Counted from the stretch's first letter, positions 9,404 to 18,960 are shown. The stretch is 48,003 bases of DNA from an uncultured Candidatus Saccharibacteria bacterium (GCA_964401135.1 CAYNXC010000001.1:72775-120777), one strand, 5' to 3'. Notes: generated by a model from the letters alone, not told the origin. A program made the numbers and translations.

Positions 9404-9493
9404 CTACCTCTTCTTTGAGCGCTTTGTGCTCTTCTTCTTAGCAACTTTCTTTGTCGTCTTCTTTGCTTTTGTTGCTTTCTTTTTCTTTGCCAT
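9404..9493 (-). CDS. 29-codon lysine-rich micro-ORF (MAKKKKATKAKKTTKKVAKKKSTKRSKKR); alternatively a purine-rich small RNA
   Basis: Manual translation runs from ATG 9493..9491 to TAG 9406..9404. It is below the ORF-track length cutoff. A TATAAT box lies upstream and a strong terminator downstream. No Shine-Dalgarno sequence is visible. Confidence 0.35.
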   Translation of the reverse strand: MAKKKKATKAKKTTKKVAKKKSTKRSKKR

Positions 9494-9560
9494 GCGAGTC
9501 GTCTGAGTTTTGTTAGTAAGGGATGGATGCGGTTCGACCACTACCGCTCACGCTTGTATT

Positions 9561-9566
9561 ATTATA
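9561..9566 (-). promoter_or_regulatory. Candidate -10 box (TATAAT) for the micro-ORF transcript
   Basis: attata at 9561..9566 reads TATAAT on the minus strand. A T10 tract lies upstream, which could act as an UP element. I found no clean -35 box. Confidence 0.3.
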
Positions 9567-9784
9567 GTGCAAAAAAAAAATACGCGACAGAAAATTCGCG
9601 TGATTTATGTGGATAACTAAAAAAAATTTTTATCTCTATTTTTATTTTTTAAAAAATTTTCTGCACATTCGTGGCTGGTGAATGCGAACTCCAACAAATA
9701 TCTTATGTGAGTGCTGTCACCAGCCGCGGATATGCAGACAAGTAAAGTATATCAGACTCTATCATGTGGAGAAAGAAGAAAACG

Positions 9785-9819
9785 AAAAATCCGTTTCGCT
9801 AGTATGCGGACGGATTTTT
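9785..9819 (-). terminator. Rho-independent terminator downstream of the ligase-like/TPR gene
   Basis: aaaaatccgt...acggattttt forms a hairpin. On the minus strand the stem is followed by TTTTTCGTTTTC. It lies 92 nt after the stop at 9911. Confidence 0.6.
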
Positions 9820-9910
9820 CGCAGATATTCGTTGCGCATCCGCTTCGCCGAAGCGAACGGAAACACTCACAAAAAGAATAATAGCAATTCTGTAAGAAAG
9901 ATCAAGTGGA

Positions 9911-12130
9911 TTACTGCTGTAATGGGTTACGGCCAGCCTTGATCTCAACAATCAAAGCTCTTGTCTGTGTCGCATGCTCGGGGAATCTCTCACCAATATC
10001 TTCAAGCTGGGTAATGGCGTGTCCTTTATCTCCTGTCTGGAAGTAAGCTGCCGCGAGGGAGAACTGGAGTTGAATATCCGAGGGATTCTCTTCAGCATAG
10101 CGCTTCAAAGAGAGTATTAGATGTGTGTTGTCTCCTTTTTCCAAAAAGTAATTAATGAACCGTGCATCCGGAGCGGCAATATCTCCATAAATTGGGATAA
10201 GAATTTTCTCTGCCTCGGATTGATTTCCCTTGATTAAGAAAATGTACGCATAGTTTTTTGCAATGGACGGATTTGTTGTATCAAGTTCATAGGCCTCTTT
10301 GACCAACCGCTCACTCTCTGTGGTGTTGTTTATCTGCGCATATACTGACGCGAGTTCTACGAGTATTTGCTGTTTCTGTGGAGAAAGTTCTCGTGCTTTC
10401 ATAAGCTCAGTAATTGCGCCTTGAGTATCTCCCCCGCTCGCGAGCAAGGATCCGAGGTACATGCGGTATCGAGCATCATCGGGATATTCGGCAACTTGCT
10501 TCTTCATCTCGTTCACCGCATTAGTTAATATTGCTACCCGTGTCTCTTTAGAGACTTCCTGATTGGCAAGGATGCGACCCGCAAACTGCGCATACTGCTC
10601 ACGCGCTTCTCCAGTCCCGAGAGTATTGTAGCCAATGGACCGAATAAAACCGGCATTTCTAACCCTTGCAAAATCCTCACTCTTTTCTTTCGTCTGTTGC
10701 GGGATTATTCCCTGGATAAGAGCCCGATTTGCAAGAACAGGGCGGATATTAATCAGGTATATTCCTGCTCCAAAGATAACAAGGGTGACGATAACAACAC
10801 TTAAGATGAAAGGAGGAACAGCGCGTCTAGAGCTGAAAAATGTTTCCTGTGTACGCACCATTCGTGAATGTACATACGCAAGCACAGTGAAAAAGAGTAT
10901 ATAACTTACGACATTGTCAAACACAAAGAGGTTTTGAAAGAGGTATCCTGCCAAAAGCCCAGTAAGAAGAATGCGCTCTGGGGACGAGAAGGAAAGATCT
11001 GCTCGATGAATTTTATCACCGCGCCATAAGTACAGTAGGGATGTAACATAGAGAGCTAGGTACGAGGCGAGCCCAATGATACCTGCACTGACTAACCAAT
11101 CAAGGAATACATTATGAGAGCGATCAAACCATGGTTCTTGTCGCCAGAGATGAGATTCATAATACTTATTGAAGAGGATGTTAAAATTCTCTGGCCCCCA
11201 GCCAAAGATTGGATGCTCTGTAAAACCGCGCAAAGCCATCCCCCAGATAATGAAGCGTGATTCCGTTGTCGTCTCGGTCGTAGAGATGCTCGCAAAGCGC
11301 GAGAGCACCATACTATTTCGGATGAAGGATGAATCCCGTAAGGTGTAGAAAACGCCAATAAGCACAATAACACCCGCGAGGGTCACAAGCGCGACTTTAC
11401 GCACACGGAGCCGGTCCCAGTGTGAGATCAGTGTGAGAGATGCAACAGTGATAACAGTAACGATGAGACCAAGGAGCGCTCCGCGTGTCGCGGTAAGGTA
11501 CAGCACAACAAATTCAATTACTATGAGTGGGATATAGAACATCCGCGTAGTCACCGACTTCCACTCTCGCATGAGTAAAAACGCAATGATACAGATGTGA
11601 AAGTACATATAGAATGCGAGATATGTTGGATTACCTAAACTCGCATCAATACGGCCTACTGCCCCTTGCTTCAGCTGTTCAGCATATTGAGAGAATGCGT
11701 AAATGCTCACAATAATACTTGCTCCCACAGAGGTACGCAGGAGCCACATCCATATCTTCTCTGTCAGTAATACGCTGCTCGCAATAATGAAATAAAGGAA
11801 GAGATGGAGATGTGTCACCAGACCTTCCATACGCTCAAAATTTGACCAAAAACTCTTATAGGGATGGAGACCAAACACTGTAGCAAGTGTTATCGCCACA
11901 AGGAGCGCTGAGGCAGCATAGAGCACCCATGACTTTCGTGGACGATATTCTGGATCTCGTACTGCAAGAATGATCCACAGGAAGGCCATGATCTCTACAA
12001 GCACACGAAACGCGATATTCTTTCCAACAATGTAGGGGAAGAAGAGAGAAGAGCTGACAATAAGAGGAACGAATGGGACGAGAAAGGCGCAGGCGAGGAT
12101 CCCATTGCGCAACAGGGGGTTAATTTTCAT
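9911..12130 (-). CDS. O-antigen ligase/polymerase-like (Wzy_C-type) polytopic membrane protein with a C-terminal TPR domain
   Basis: 739-aa ORF. About 12 hydrophobic helices fill the N-terminal 450 aa, including TATRGALLGLIV. The C-terminal roughly 250 aa has TPR-like repeats (ARYRMYLGSLLASGGDTQGAITELMKARELSP...). Confidence 0.6.
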   Translation of the reverse strand: MKINPLLRNGILACAFLVPFVPLIVSSSLFFPYIVGKNIAFRVLVEIMAFLWIILAVRDPEYRPRKSWVLYAASALLVAITLATVFGLHPYKSFWSNFERMEGLVTHLHLFLYFIIASSVLLTEKIWMWLLRTSVGASIIVSIYAFSQYAEQLKQGAVGRIDASLGNPTYLAFYMYFHICIIAFLLMREWKSVTTRMFYIPLIVIEFVVLYLTATRGALLGLIVTVITVASLTLISHWDRLRVRKVALVTLAGVIVLIGVFYTLRDSSFIRNSMVLSRFASISTTETTTESRFIIWGMALRGFTEHPIFGWGPENFNILFNKYYESHLWRQEPWFDRSHNVFLDWLVSAGIIGLASYLALYVTSLLYLWRGDKIHRADLSFSSPERILLTGLLAGYLFQNLFVFDNVVSYILFFTVLAYVHSRMVRTQETFFSSRRAVPPFILSVVIVTLVIFGAGIYLINIRPVLANRALIQGIIPQQTKEKSEDFARVRNAGFIRSIGYNTLGTGEAREQYAQFAGRILANQEVSKETRVAILTNAVNEMKKQVAEYPDDARYRMYLGSLLASGGDTQGAITELMKARELSPQKQQILVELASVYAQINNTTESERLVKEAYELDTTNPSIAKNYAYIFLIKGNQSEAEKILIPIYGDIAAPDARFINYFLEKGDNTHLILSLKRYAEENPSDIQLQFSLAAAYFQTGDKGHAITQLEDIGERFPEHATQTRALIVEIKAGRNPLQQ

Positions 12131-12156
12131 ACAGGATTACTATAGCATAGTCTCTA

Positions 12157-13242
12157 TTAAGATAAAGGACTATAAATCCTCATCAATTTTTGTGTAAGTA
12201 CGGGGAGAGAGAGATTCTCGTCAGCAAATTTTAGAGCTCGTCGCCCCATCACATCTCGCTCTGCATATGAACACTTAGCGAGTGTGATAATTGCTTGAGA
12301 GATATTCTCTGCATCTAATGGATCAACTACTGTTCCGCACTGTGCTTGCTTAATAACTAACGGTTGATCACTTGCGGAAGATACGATGACCGGACGACCA
12401 GCAGCAAGATACTCCGAAAGTTTGTGAGGAAACTGGAGATCGCTCACTCCCTCGGTAACTCGCGGAGAGACGAGAACATCACATCCTCTTAGAAAAGAAA
12501 GGACCTGATCTCGCTCTACACGACCGAGATATGTGATTGATGGAAGCTGTGGAAATTGAGAATGGTCAGAACTGTCGAACCCTGCAAGTTGAAAAGTGAT
12601 ATTTCTCTCCCCTGCCAAAAGTGTAGCTGCTCCAATAATATGATGTAGCCCTTGCCACCATGCGGCGTTACCAATGTAACCAACCACGAGATTCTCGCGT
12701 CTAGTCGGGGGGACATATGGCGCACCAAAATCTACTGGATCCCAAACAGTCACTACTCGATGAGACTTCCATGTACGACGCGACAAGAACCGGCGCTCAG
12801 CATCGCTTACTGCTATAACTCTTTGCACACTCCAGAGACCAATATAATCTAATAAGCAAAAAAGGGTACGAACTATCGGTCTATGTACCTTACCCAGCTC
12901 AAGCCACGCCCATCCATGCATTTCAAAGATCAGCACAACGCGAGGGCTAAAAAATAATTTAAAAAGAAGTAAGGGAACAATGGAAGCAGTAGTTACGCCA
13001 TGCACAACTGTCGGCCGTATAATGCGAAGAAGTGTGAGTGAATGTTTTGTAAATGAGAAAAGAGAACATTCTCCAAGTGTATGTACAGTGAGCGAAGGGA
13101 TAGGGTGAGAATACTGCGTAGCAATGACTGATACAGGCATCTGCGAAGAAAGCGCACGAAGGGTTGTCCTCACTCGGATTGGAGTGCCCGTGAGGCGATC
13201 AAGGCTGAAGGGGCAGACAAGGACAGTGTGACAGATTCCCAT
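12157..13242 (-). CDS. Glycosyltransferase, GT4-like (GT-B fold)
   Basis: 361-aa ORF with a C-terminal E-x7-E-type motif, PRVTEGVSDLQFPHKLSEYLAAGRPVIVS. Confidence 0.65.
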   Translation of the reverse strand: MGICHTVLVCPFSLDRLTGTPIRVRTTLRALSSQMPVSVIATQYSHPIPSLTVHTLGECSLFSFTKHSLTLLRIIRPTVVHGVTTASIVPLLLFKLFFSPRVVLIFEMHGWAWLELGKVHRPIVRTLFCLLDYIGLWSVQRVIAVSDAERRFLSRRTWKSHRVVTVWDPVDFGAPYVPPTRRENLVVGYIGNAAWWQGLHHIIGAATLLAGERNITFQLAGFDSSDHSQFPQLPSITYLGRVERDQVLSFLRGCDVLVSPRVTEGVSDLQFPHKLSEYLAAGRPVIVSSASDQPLVIKQAQCGTVVDPLDAENISQAIITLAKCSYAERDVMGRRALKFADENLSLPVLTQKLMRIYSPLS

Positions 13243-13245
13243 ATA

Positions 13246-13950
13246 TCAGCGTCGAATAAACAATGAATCTTCAAAAAGAATTTCCCCAGTGTGTGGGTGT
13301 AATTTCTGAGTAAGGGAACCGGCATAATAAAAGCCAAGCGATAAGAGGATAGGATATAGATCTTCAAAGAGAGACTGACCTGTATACCGTGGAACATAAG
13401 AATTTTCTATCACGAGAGCTTTTACTTGTAAGAGGGTACGACGGCCTCCTTCTATTACAGCCCGCTCGTATCCTTCGGCATCAATCTTGACTAAAATTTC
13501 TCCCCCTATATGTAGATTTCCAGAAAAGAAATCATCCATTCTTTGCACAGCGACGATTTCATCTTCTAAATTATGAGCATGCCCCAACGATTCTGTGTGT
13601 AATTGCTCCATGGGAAGAAGCGAAGAAGTAAGACTGTAATCACTACGATGAATAGAAAGGGTGCCATTAATGTCTCCGAATGCAAGTTGGTAAGCAGAAA
13701 AATTTTTATCCCCCCTCATTGTGTGCTCAAGATTTTTAAAACTTTCCTGCACTGGTTCAAATGAATAGATATAAGCTTTAGGCAAGTAAGAACGAAAAAG
13801 GATGGCTGATTGCCCTACATTTGCACCAACATCAATAACACTCTCAATATTCATTGAGCATACCCATGTAAGCCGATCAGGAGAAGGATGATATCGGTGA
13901 ACATCAAGTCCTACTGTGCGTAAGAGTCTCCGAAATGGGTGAATGTACAT
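13246..13950 (-). CDS. FkbM-family SAM-dependent methyltransferase
   Basis: Motifs VIDVGANVGQSAILF and KIDAEGYE are present. The ORF track extends to 14046, but the ATG at 13950 (MYIHPF...) avoids overlapping the upstream gene's stop at 13958. Confidence 0.65.
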   Translation of the reverse strand: MYIHPFRRLLRTVGLDVHRYHPSPDRLTWVCSMNIESVIDVGANVGQSAILFRSYLPKAYIYSFEPVQESFKNLEHTMRGDKNFSAYQLAFGDINGTLSIHRSDYSLTSSLLPMEQLHTESLGHAHNLEDEIVAVQRMDDFFSGNLHIGGEILVKIDAEGYERAVIEGGRRTLLQVKALVIENSYVPRYTGQSLFEDLYPILLSLGFYYAGSLTQKLHPHTGEILFEDSLFIRR

Positions 13951-13957
13951 GAAGTAT

Positions 13958-14554
13958 CTATTTCTTCGCAAAGAGATAGTAACCACTTGTCGTAGTCCTT
14001 TTTTCTGTCCGAAACAGTCTATCAAGAACTGATGAGAGAGGATCAATTACTCGACGCAATTTATGTTGAAAGGGGGAAAAAAATAAGAGGGCCTTAAAGT
14101 ATCCCCCGCGTTTTACCATCTCTACATGAGAGAAGTCTTTAAAGAGCATTACTAATGTATCATCAAAAAAACGCCAATAATCAGGGTAGTGGCCCTTTCG
14201 TGCATGATACGGATAGATAGACGGCACATGCACAAAAACCATTCCTCCTGGCTGAAGAATCCTATATAGCTCTTTCACTGCACGGATCGGGTCCTCAACA
14301 TGTTCAAGGACGCAGTGGCAGATAATGGAGTCGACGCTATTGTCCGCAAGCGGTATGGCGTGTATATCTCCAACGACATCAGCCCCGGAGTGAGAATCAT
14401 AATCCATGGTCTGGTACTCACATGACTGGAAGAGTGGCTGATATTTTCCTAGCCATTTTTGGAAACGTTCTCCACCACCAATATCTAGTACGCGATGAGT
14501 TTTGCTAATCTCCAATATCTTTTCGTCAATAAACCTCGTGTAGTTATCTTGCAT
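13958..14554 (-). CDS. Class I SAM-dependent methyltransferase (Methyltransf_11-like)
   Basis: 198-aa ORF with VLDIGGG (motif I) and DSIICHCVLEHVEDPIRAVKELYRILQPGGMVFVHVP. Confidence 0.75.
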   Translation of the reverse strand: MQDNYTRFIDEKILEISKTHRVLDIGGGERFQKWLGKYQPLFQSCEYQTMDYDSHSGADVVGDIHAIPLADNSVDSIICHCVLEHVEDPIRAVKELYRILQPGGMVFVHVPSIYPYHARKGHYPDYWRFFDDTLVMLFKDFSHVEMVKRGGYFKALLFFSPFQHKLRRVIDPLSSVLDRLFRTEKRTTTSGYYLFAKK

Positions 14555-14574
14555 AGGTATTCACTCTACTACGA

Positions 14575-15726
14575 CTAAAAGACAAAAATGGAATCATATA
14601 TTTCTTCTAAAGAGCGTCGGTAACGATGGATATTGAGTACACGCCCATCTGCATACTGACGATATACACTGCGATGCAGTCCTAATAGTGGTTCAAGTAT
14701 TAGATTAAACAGCCGAGCACCAAATGGGGTAAAAAATTCTTCTTGTTTTAAATGCAATGCTTCTCCACCATAGGTAAAATTATACCAGCGACTTTCTATA
14801 AAAAGTATCTTCCTTACCCCTTGGTGGTATGAAAGAAAACAATTCTCATGAAAATATGGGTGAGCAAAACTCATGATCACATCTTCCGTCTTTAGAGGAA
14901 GCGCTTTAATGAGACGGGCAGTACGCATTGCATCAATAAACTTTGACGGATAGGCAGAATACCAAATATATGGAATATCTCGTTCCTCATCAAATTCAGA
15001 AAAAATTCCTTCTGAAAGCGAGACCAGATTCCATCGTCGATGATGTAATTTTAATAATACCGTACGTAGTGTTGGGTTGGTACGACGTAGGTGACGAATA
15101 ATAATAGCGGCACGGAGAGCAGTAGAGGGTTCATTGGCAATAACCCAGAGAGTAGGAGGAGTGCCAACCGCTTGTGCAATTACAGAGAGAGATGCCCTTT
15201 CAATCTTTTGCGACACAGAGAATTCTTGTTTTGGGGCTAAAGAGTCAAATGATCGTATAAAAAAAGAGTTTGGGAATCCTGCATAGTAACCACGAGTTCC
15301 TTTCATCGTCTCTTCTGAGAGGGCACCAGTAAAGGCATCAAATAAGACGGCAGCCTGTAAGCCCATAAGATATGCAGATGCTGACGCCCATGAATTTATA
15401 GAAAATACATATTCGATCTCCTCTGAGCGTTCCAAGAGCAATACTTCTGCTATGGTCGGTTCTCCTATAGTAAACCCTGTAAGATCCAAGTATTTCCGCT
15501 CATCATGTTCATTTGGATGGACTTGGTAAAGTAGCGTCCGTCCTGGAAACTGTGTCCTGATGTATTCAAGCGCTTGATTGGTACGCTCTATAAAGAGATT
15601 TCGATTTGAATCTGCGGGAAGATTAAAAAAATCTGTGCTAAAAAATATCACCACATGTGGCTTGTTTGATAGTTTAGAATTACGATCAATCAGATACGGG
15701 AAGGGAATTTTTTGGATTGTACCCAT
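14575..15726 (-). CDS. Hypothetical protein; possible HP-motif (sialyltransferase-like) nucleotide-sugar transferase
   Basis: 383-aa soluble ORF. LLYQVHPNE is followed about 40 aa later by FSINSWASASAYLMG, which resembles the HP and Ser-rich motifs of bacterial sialyl/NulO transferases. It sits immediately downstream of the ulosonic-acid genes. The call is tentative. Confidence 0.3.
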   Translation of the reverse strand: MGTIQKIPFPYLIDRNSKLSNKPHVVIFFSTDFFNLPADSNRNLFIERTNQALEYIRTQFPGRTLLYQVHPNEHDERKYLDLTGFTIGEPTIAEVLLLERSEEIEYVFSINSWASASAYLMGLQAAVLFDAFTGALSEETMKGTRGYYAGFPNSFFIRSFDSLAPKQEFSVSQKIERASLSVIAQAVGTPPTLWVIANEPSTALRAAIIIRHLRRTNPTLRTVLLKLHHRRWNLVSLSEGIFSEFDEERDIPYIWYSAYPSKFIDAMRTARLIKALPLKTEDVIMSFAHPYFHENCFLSYHQGVRKILFIESRWYNFTYGGEALHLKQEEFFTPFGARLFNLILEPLLGLHRSVYRQYADGRVLNIHRYRRSLEEIYDSIFVF

Positions 15727-15731
15727 AAAAA

Positions 15732-17012
15732 CTAATGCGGGCGTTTTTCTTTTTCTTTCTGAAAGTAGCGTATTGTCTGTTCTAAAGCCCGCATCTGCAA
15801 GTTCATATCCTTTTCAATCCCCTGATTACAAGTAAACTGCATCAATTTGGGCTGCAAGAGTTCTGCTTGAGGGCACTGGGTATGCCCTTTCAGAAATCCT
15901 TTATACTGTTTAAGTTGTACCGGCCCATCCTCAAAACATTTACCTTCTTTGTGGATGAGTTGAAACACAGGCTCATTGTAGACAAGGGCCCACGCAGCAT
16001 AGATTCCATCACCCCCGTATTCTATAAACTTTTTACGAAAATCATACCAGCTTACACCAAGAACTTTTTCTCCCTCGTAGCGCACACCAAACGTAAAGTA
16101 AGAATTAACGGAACCCTTTGGAACGTTTTGAGGAATGAGCCATGTGCACTTTGTCTTACGTATGGCCGCGAGGTATTTTTCTGCAATGCGCTGACGGCGC
16201 GAGACGAGGTAATCAATGCGTTCCATCTGTGCAAGACCAACAGCGGCAACGATCTCGGGCATTCGGTAATTAAACCCGAGTGAATCGTGACGAAGGTACT
16301 TTGGATCCTGAAAGATATTTTTATCTTTACGGACTCGAGCATTCTCTGCGGTAATATTCTTAAACCCGATACCGCCAAATTTTCTCATACGGCGTGCGAG
16401 TTCTGCATTATTAGTAATAAGAATACCGCCTTCTCCAGTTGCTACATGTTTTGAATTCTCAAAGCTAAAACTCCCTACATGCCCAATGGTACCCCCGAGG
16501 CGTCCCCGTGTGTCAGTACCCAAAAAACACTGCGCACAATCTTCAAGTACAAAGAGCTTATATTTCTTTGCAATTTTTATGATGGCATCCATATTACACA
16601 CTGCTCCGTACAAGTGTACTGCCATGATTGCCTTCGTCTTCTTTGTAATTTTCTTCTCAATGTCCCTTGGATCGATTAAGAAAGTGTCAGGATCGACATC
16701 AGCAAAGACAGGAGTCGCCCCTGTGTGGAGTACTGCAAAGCCGCACATAACGACGGTGAGAGCAGGGATAATAACCTCATCTCCTGGTCCAACACCAAAG
16801 GCCATTAGAGCTTGATGCAGTGTAGAGGTACCAGACGTTGAAGTAACAGCGTAAGTCACACCAAAACGCTTCGCGAATGCTGCTTCAAGTTGCTGGTTCA
16901 TGCTACCGAGCGTTGAGCTACCGAAGCCAGACTCTAGCACACCTCGCACGTACGCAAGCTCATTTCCAGAAAACCGCCATGTATTACTTGTTTGAACAAA
17001 TTTTTGCTTCAT
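15732..17012 (-). CDS. DegT/DnrJ/EryC1/StrS-family PLP-dependent sugar aminotransferase
   Basis: 426-aa ORF with the PLP-lysine region GSFSFENSKHVATGEGGILITNN. The N-terminal region has typical features (AFAKRFGVTYAVTSTSGTSTLHQAL). Confidence 0.85.
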   Translation of the reverse strand: MKQKFVQTSNTWRFSGNELAYVRGVLESGFGSSTLGSMNQQLEAAFAKRFGVTYAVTSTSGTSTLHQALMAFGVGPGDEVIIPALTVVMCGFAVLHTGATPVFADVDPDTFLIDPRDIEKKITKKTKAIMAVHLYGAVCNMDAIIKIAKKYKLFVLEDCAQCFLGTDTRGRLGGTIGHVGSFSFENSKHVATGEGGILITNNAELARRMRKFGGIGFKNITAENARVRKDKNIFQDPKYLRHDSLGFNYRMPEIVAAVGLAQMERIDYLVSRRQRIAEKYLAAIRKTKCTWLIPQNVPKGSVNSYFTFGVRYEGEKVLGVSWYDFRKKFIEYGGDGIYAAWALVYNEPVFQLIHKEGKCFEDGPVQLKQYKGFLKGHTQCPQAELLQPKLMQFTCNQGIEKDMNLQMRALEQTIRYFQKEKEKRPH

Positions 17013-17776
17013 GCAGATGTATCAAGAGCTTTTCTCATCGTGGCTCGTTTAGCAAGATAATCCTTTTGTCGGAATAAATTATGCTCTACGATATCACGTC
17101 TACCCGATAAGAACTTCATAATCTCACTCAAGGGAGTCTTGGGGTCAGTCAAGGGCATCTCAGTAATAATTTGTTTAAAAAACTCGTAATCTTCAACATA
17201 ATCAAGTGTCAAACGAGCATCACTCCCACAGAGTATTGCCGGAGCAGTAATAGGTACTCGCCGGAGATCAGTGACGGCATCGATGTAGGGATCTATCATC
17301 TCTGTATCGTCGGAAATCTTTTGTGAGACAATTCGTTCTAAGGCCTCTTTGGTAAAAGCGAAATCAAAACCACCGCAGACAACTTCTTCTGGTGGATATA
17401 CCATATCACAACTACCAGAGCGAAGCAGATCTGCAGCTTGATCAATGAGACTAGGGTCAACAAATAGATCGTCATTATCGTACGTTACAAAACCATCTGC
17501 ACCAAACATAGTGAGTGCACCAAGCCAACGCACTAGCTTATCCTTGACACTGCCACGGAAGACCTGTGCACCAGCAGTCTTTCCTACTTCTGCAAGACGG
17601 TCATCAGAAGGATCGTCTGTTGTACACAAAACAACGTACCGGAGATGTGACGCTCCCTGTGCTCGTAGAATGTTGTGCTCGATTACTGTTCTCTCTCCAA
17701 GTGGTAATAGTGCTTTCCCAGGGAGACGTGTAGAGCTCGTCCGCGCAGTAATAAAACAGTCAATATCTTTTGACAT
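17009..17776 (-). CDS. Cytidylyltransferase (SpsF / acylneuraminate cytidylyltransferase-like)
   Basis: 255-aa ORF with the N-terminal motif CFITARTSSTRLPGKALLPLGERTVIEH. It overlaps the downstream aminotransferase gene by 4 nt. Confidence 0.65.
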   Translation of the reverse strand: MSKDIDCFITARTSSTRLPGKALLPLGERTVIEHNILRAQGASHLRYVVLCTTDDPSDDRLAEVGKTAGAQVFRGSVKDKLVRWLGALTMFGADGFVTYDNDDLFVDPSLIDQAADLLRSGSCDMVYPPEEVVCGGFDFAFTKEALERIVSQKISDDTEMIDPYIDAVTDLRRVPITAPAILCGSDARLTLDYVEDYEFFKQIITEMPLTDPKTPLSEIMKFLSGRRDIVEHNLFRQKDYLAKRATMRKALDTSA

Positions 17777-17852
17777 AAGTATGTAATGGTCAAGTGTAGC
17801 ACAGCATTTACTCTACCAGCAAGCACTCTTTCACCAGTGACATAAAGGTATA

Positions 17853-17881
17853 TTGACATGAAACTTAAAATCTAGTAGTAT
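17853..17881 (+). promoter_or_regulatory. Sigma70-type promoter for the NeuB-like gene
   Basis: TTGACA (17853..17858), a 17-nt spacer, then TAGTAT (17876..17881). GGAGGA at 17914..17919 lies 5 nt before the ATG at 17925. Confidence 0.6.
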
Positions 17882-17924
17882 CCTCTCCAGACAAAACAGA
17901 TCATTGACACAAGAGGAGGAAAAA

Positions 17925-18911
17925 ATGGAACGAAAAATAAACCCAGTCCTCATAGGAGGACATACTATTGGCCCCGGCAAGTCAACATGTATTGTCGCCG
18001 AAATTGGGATCAATCATAATGGATTTCTGAAACATGTGTTTGCACTCATTGATGCGGCAGTTGCCGCTGGGTGTGATGCTGTGAAGTTTCAGAAACGAAC
18101 GATTCCCGTTGTGTACTCACCGGAAGAATTGGAACGTCCAAGGGAAGTACCGAGAGATGTATTAGAGAATGCGCTCCAGAGGAATGCACTTCCTCACAAG
18201 AATGCACAGCGCCTGATAGAGAGTAAGTTTTCTAACTCAACAAATGGAGATCTCAAGTACGCACTTGAATTTTCCGCACAAGAATATCAAGAGATTGCCC
18301 GCTACTGTGCATCTCGTTCTATCATGTGGTTCGCCTCTTGTTGGGATACTGGGGCGATCGAATGTATCGAGCAATTCAATCCTCCTTGTCACAAAATTGC
18401 ATCGGCATGCAACGAGGATGATGAATTGCTACGGGCACTCCGTGCGACAGGAAAGCCTCTCATACTCTCTACAGGAATGACTGACCTGCAGGGAGTTCAT
18501 GACGCAGTACGAGTACTCGAAGATCATGAACTGATCATTTTGCACTGCACCAGTGTATACCCAACAGGAACACAGTTTGGCACCGACATGCTGAGTTTGA
18601 TCAACCTCGCGGGAATAGACACTCTACAGAAAGAGTTCGGAGTCCCCGTTGGTTTTTCCAGTCATGACAGCGGCATTATGCCCACCTATGCAGCAGTGGT
18701 ACGAGGCGCTTGCATGGTTGAAAAGCACATCACACTTGAACCAAGTATGTGGGGTTCTGACCAGCGGAGTTCTATTCCTCCTCACACACTCATTGATCTG
18801 TGCCGGATGATACGCGAATTTCGTTACATCTTAGGGAACGGGGAAATCACAATACTTCCCAGTGAAGTGCCGCAGATGGAGAAATTACGACGAGTCCGCA
18901 GACAAAAATGA
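17925..18911 (+). CDS. NeuB/SpsE-family ulosonic-acid synthase (PEP-condensing TIM barrel), lacking the C-terminal SAF domain
   Basis: Signature IVAEIGINHNGFLKHVFALIDAAVAAGCDAVKFQKRT, then EKHITLEPSMWGSDQ. The track start at 17904 is a TTG; the ATG at 17925 has a good RBS. The protein ends about 25 aa after the ILGNGE motif, so there is no room for a SAF/AFP-like domain. Confidence 0.8.
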   Translation: MERKINPVLIGGHTIGPGKSTCIVAEIGINHNGFLKHVFALIDAAVAAGCDAVKFQKRTIPVVYSPEELERPREVPRDVLENALQRNALPHKNAQRLIESKFSNSTNGDLKYALEFSAQEYQEIARYCASRSIMWFASCWDTGAIECIEQFNPPCHKIASACNEDDELLRALRATGKPLILSTGMTDLQGVHDAVRVLEDHELIILHCTSVYPTGTQFGTDMLSLINLAGIDTLQKEFGVPVGFSSHDSGIMPTYAAVVRGACMVEKHITLEPSMWGSDQRSSIPPHTLIDLCRMIREFRYILGNGEITILPSEVPQMEKLRRVRRQK

Positions 18912-18921
18912 AGGAGTCTCT

Positions 18922-18960
18922 AAACCGCCAATCATAAGATTGGCGGTTTTTTATTTTTTT
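18922..18960 (+). terminator. Rho-independent terminator after the NeuB-like gene
   Basis: aaaccgccaatc (18922..18933), loop ataa, gattggcggttt (18938..18949), followed by a T-tract that runs into the 3' end of the convergent AKR gene. Confidence 0.75.

Noticed and set aside
9682-9942. 86-aa + strand ORF in the gap between the micro-ORF and the ligase-like gene
   Set aside because: It spans the terminator hairpin at 9785..9819 and overlaps the 3' end of the 739-aa gene. It has Cys/Arg-rich composition, no RBS, and no promoter that I could find.
13951-14046. N-terminal extension of the FkbM-like ORF, and similar extensions at 5232..5282, 20602..20667, 24066..24122, 28044..28082, 41282..41356, 42183..42203 and 46028..46165
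   Set aside because: The extended starts would overlap the preceding gene or a terminator hairpin. Internal ATG or GTG codons give canonical N-termini (signal peptides, conserved motifs, or an adjacent RBS).
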